From a candidate division WWE3 bacterium CG23_combo_of_CG06-09_8_20_14_all_40_14 (GTDB lineage Bacteria > Patescibacteriota > WWE3 > CG2-30-40-12), in the NCBI GenBank assembly GCA_002770755.1, contig PCQY01000018.1, forward strand, positions 1 through 46,179: a stretch of 46,179 nucleotides of DNA. The letters run 5' to 3'. The translations under genes and the position numbers were made by a program. Of this stretch, positions 45,472-46,179 are shown in pieces. The first letter of the stretch is position 1. Every line of letters starts with the position of its first letter. The notes under the pieces were generated by a model. That model was not told the origin of the DNA, ran no database searches, and saw only the letters and a list, made by a program, of their open reading frames with translations.

Positions 45472-46131
45472 ATGCCTTCAAAACACCGAATTCGCCAATA
45501 CGGCGAAGATTGTTATTACCACATATATAACCGTGGTGTAGAAAAGAGAGATATTTTCCTAGACATTGCCGACTATAATTTATTTATATATACCTTGCGC
45601 AAATATTTGGAACCTGATTTCAAAATAATTAGAAAGAATCCCACAACAAATGAAAGAATAGTTATGGAACCAGATCATGTATATAAAGATATTTCTTTAC
45701 TAGCTTTTTGTTTAATGCCAAATCACTTTCATTTATTGGTGAAATTAAAAAAGCGGGATGGGGCCACAAAGTTGATGAGAAGAGTTTGTACTAATTATGT
45801 TGGATACTTCAATGAGAAATATGAAAGAGTGGGCGCTTTATTTCAAGGAACCTTCAAAGCAGTACGGGTAACTACACAAGAGCAATGTTTGCAGTTGTCT
45901 CGTTACATTCATATTAACCCAAGAGCTGTAACTTATAAAGGTAATATTGAAAGCTATGTTTACTCAAGTTTTTATTATCTTTGTAGAGATAGTACACCCT
46001 CCTGGTTGGATTTTAATAGTGTGCTTTTAGGGAACACGGTTCAGGATTATAAAAAGTTCGTTATGAGTAGGGTTGAGGAAGACTTTAGTGAAGCCGAAAA
46101 AAGCACCCTGTCAAATGTATTATTAGATTAA
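45472..46131 (+). CDS. REP-associated tyrosine transposase (RAYT) / IS200-like Y1 HUH transposase
   Basis: YHIYNRG start region, HUH motif MPNHFHLLV, and catalytic Tyr motif SRYIHINP. 219 aa. Confidence 0.8.
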   Translation: MPSKHRIRQYGEDCYYHIYNRGVEKRDIFLDIADYNLFIYTLRKYLEPDFKIIRKNPTTNERIVMEPDHVYKDISLLAFCLMPNHFHLLVKLKKRDGATKLMRRVCTNYVGYFNEKYERVGALFQGTFKAVRVTTQEQCLQLSRYIHINPRAVTYKGNIESYVYSSFYYLCRDSTPSWLDFNSVLLGNTVQDYKKFVMSRVEEDFSEAEKSTLSNVLLD

Positions 46132-46138
46132 GCTATTT

Positions 46139-46169
46139 AGGGGTCTGACCCCTTTGGGGTCAGACCCCT
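46139..46169. repeat. REP-like 31-nt double palindrome (copy G, inverted relative to F)
   Basis: aggggtctgacccc-ttt-ggggtcagacccct, perfect. Confidence 0.9.
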
Positions 46170-46179
46170 ATTTTGATGA

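Larger units (their letters stand above)
45400..46169 (+). mobile_element. REP-RAYT unit: HUH/Y1 transposase gene bracketed by inverted REP copies
   Basis: REP at 45400-45430 (loop AAA) and its exact reverse complement at 46139-46169 (loop TTT) flank the CDS at 45472-46131. Confidence 0.75.

Overview
AT-rich, very gene-dense bacterial window. Gene junctions are short or overlapping, several housekeeping proteins are shortened, an ACP relic sits with no fatty-acid synthesis genes around it, and the type IV pilus locus has no secretin. By inference this looks like a reduced-genome uncultivated bacterium of the Patescibacteria/CPR kind.

Content, left to right:
- two hypothetical genes and a TPR gene
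- a frameshifted IS1595-family element with definable ends
- yebC-ruvC and a membrane protein
- a 600-bp non-coding tract, then a lone Xer-type tyrosine recombinase and a small zinc-ribbon gene
- rnhB, then a tight gyrB-hppA-gyrA operon and holB
- a 14-kb type IV pilus locus: pilB-pilT-pilC, two tandem pilins, pilD, six more prepilin-like genes, a 626-aa secreted protein, pilM-pilN-pilO
- a minus-strand housekeeping block: trmD, KH protein, rpsP, rnc, ACP-like, nusB, rpmF (not in the ORF track), rsmD, recG
- tyrS, a HepT/MntA toxin-antitoxin pair and tRNA-Tyr
- a class A PBP
- the thrS-infC-rpmI-rplT-(small ORF)-pheS-pheT block
- a RAYT/IS200-like HUH transposase flanked by inverted palindromic repeats

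No rRNA and no CRISPR array were seen.

Most noteworthy:
1. An archaeal-type TyrRS lies about 1.2 kb from a tRNA-Tyr that has C1:G72, A73 and a short variable loop, which is the archaeal/eukaryal identity set.
2. A REP/RAYT system has 31-nt double-palindromic repeats dispersed through the window. Repeat-derived sequence is embedded in frame in rnhB and in a prepilin leader peptide.
3. The pilus locus has two pilin genes sharing a perfect 56-bp 5' cassette and an unusual large secreted protein.
4. The ACP homologue has Thr at the phosphopantetheine-attachment Ser position.
5. A dif-like palindrome and repeated ATGTCGTT boxes lie just upstream of the single Xer gene.

All homology statements are by-eye motif recognition. 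No searches were run.
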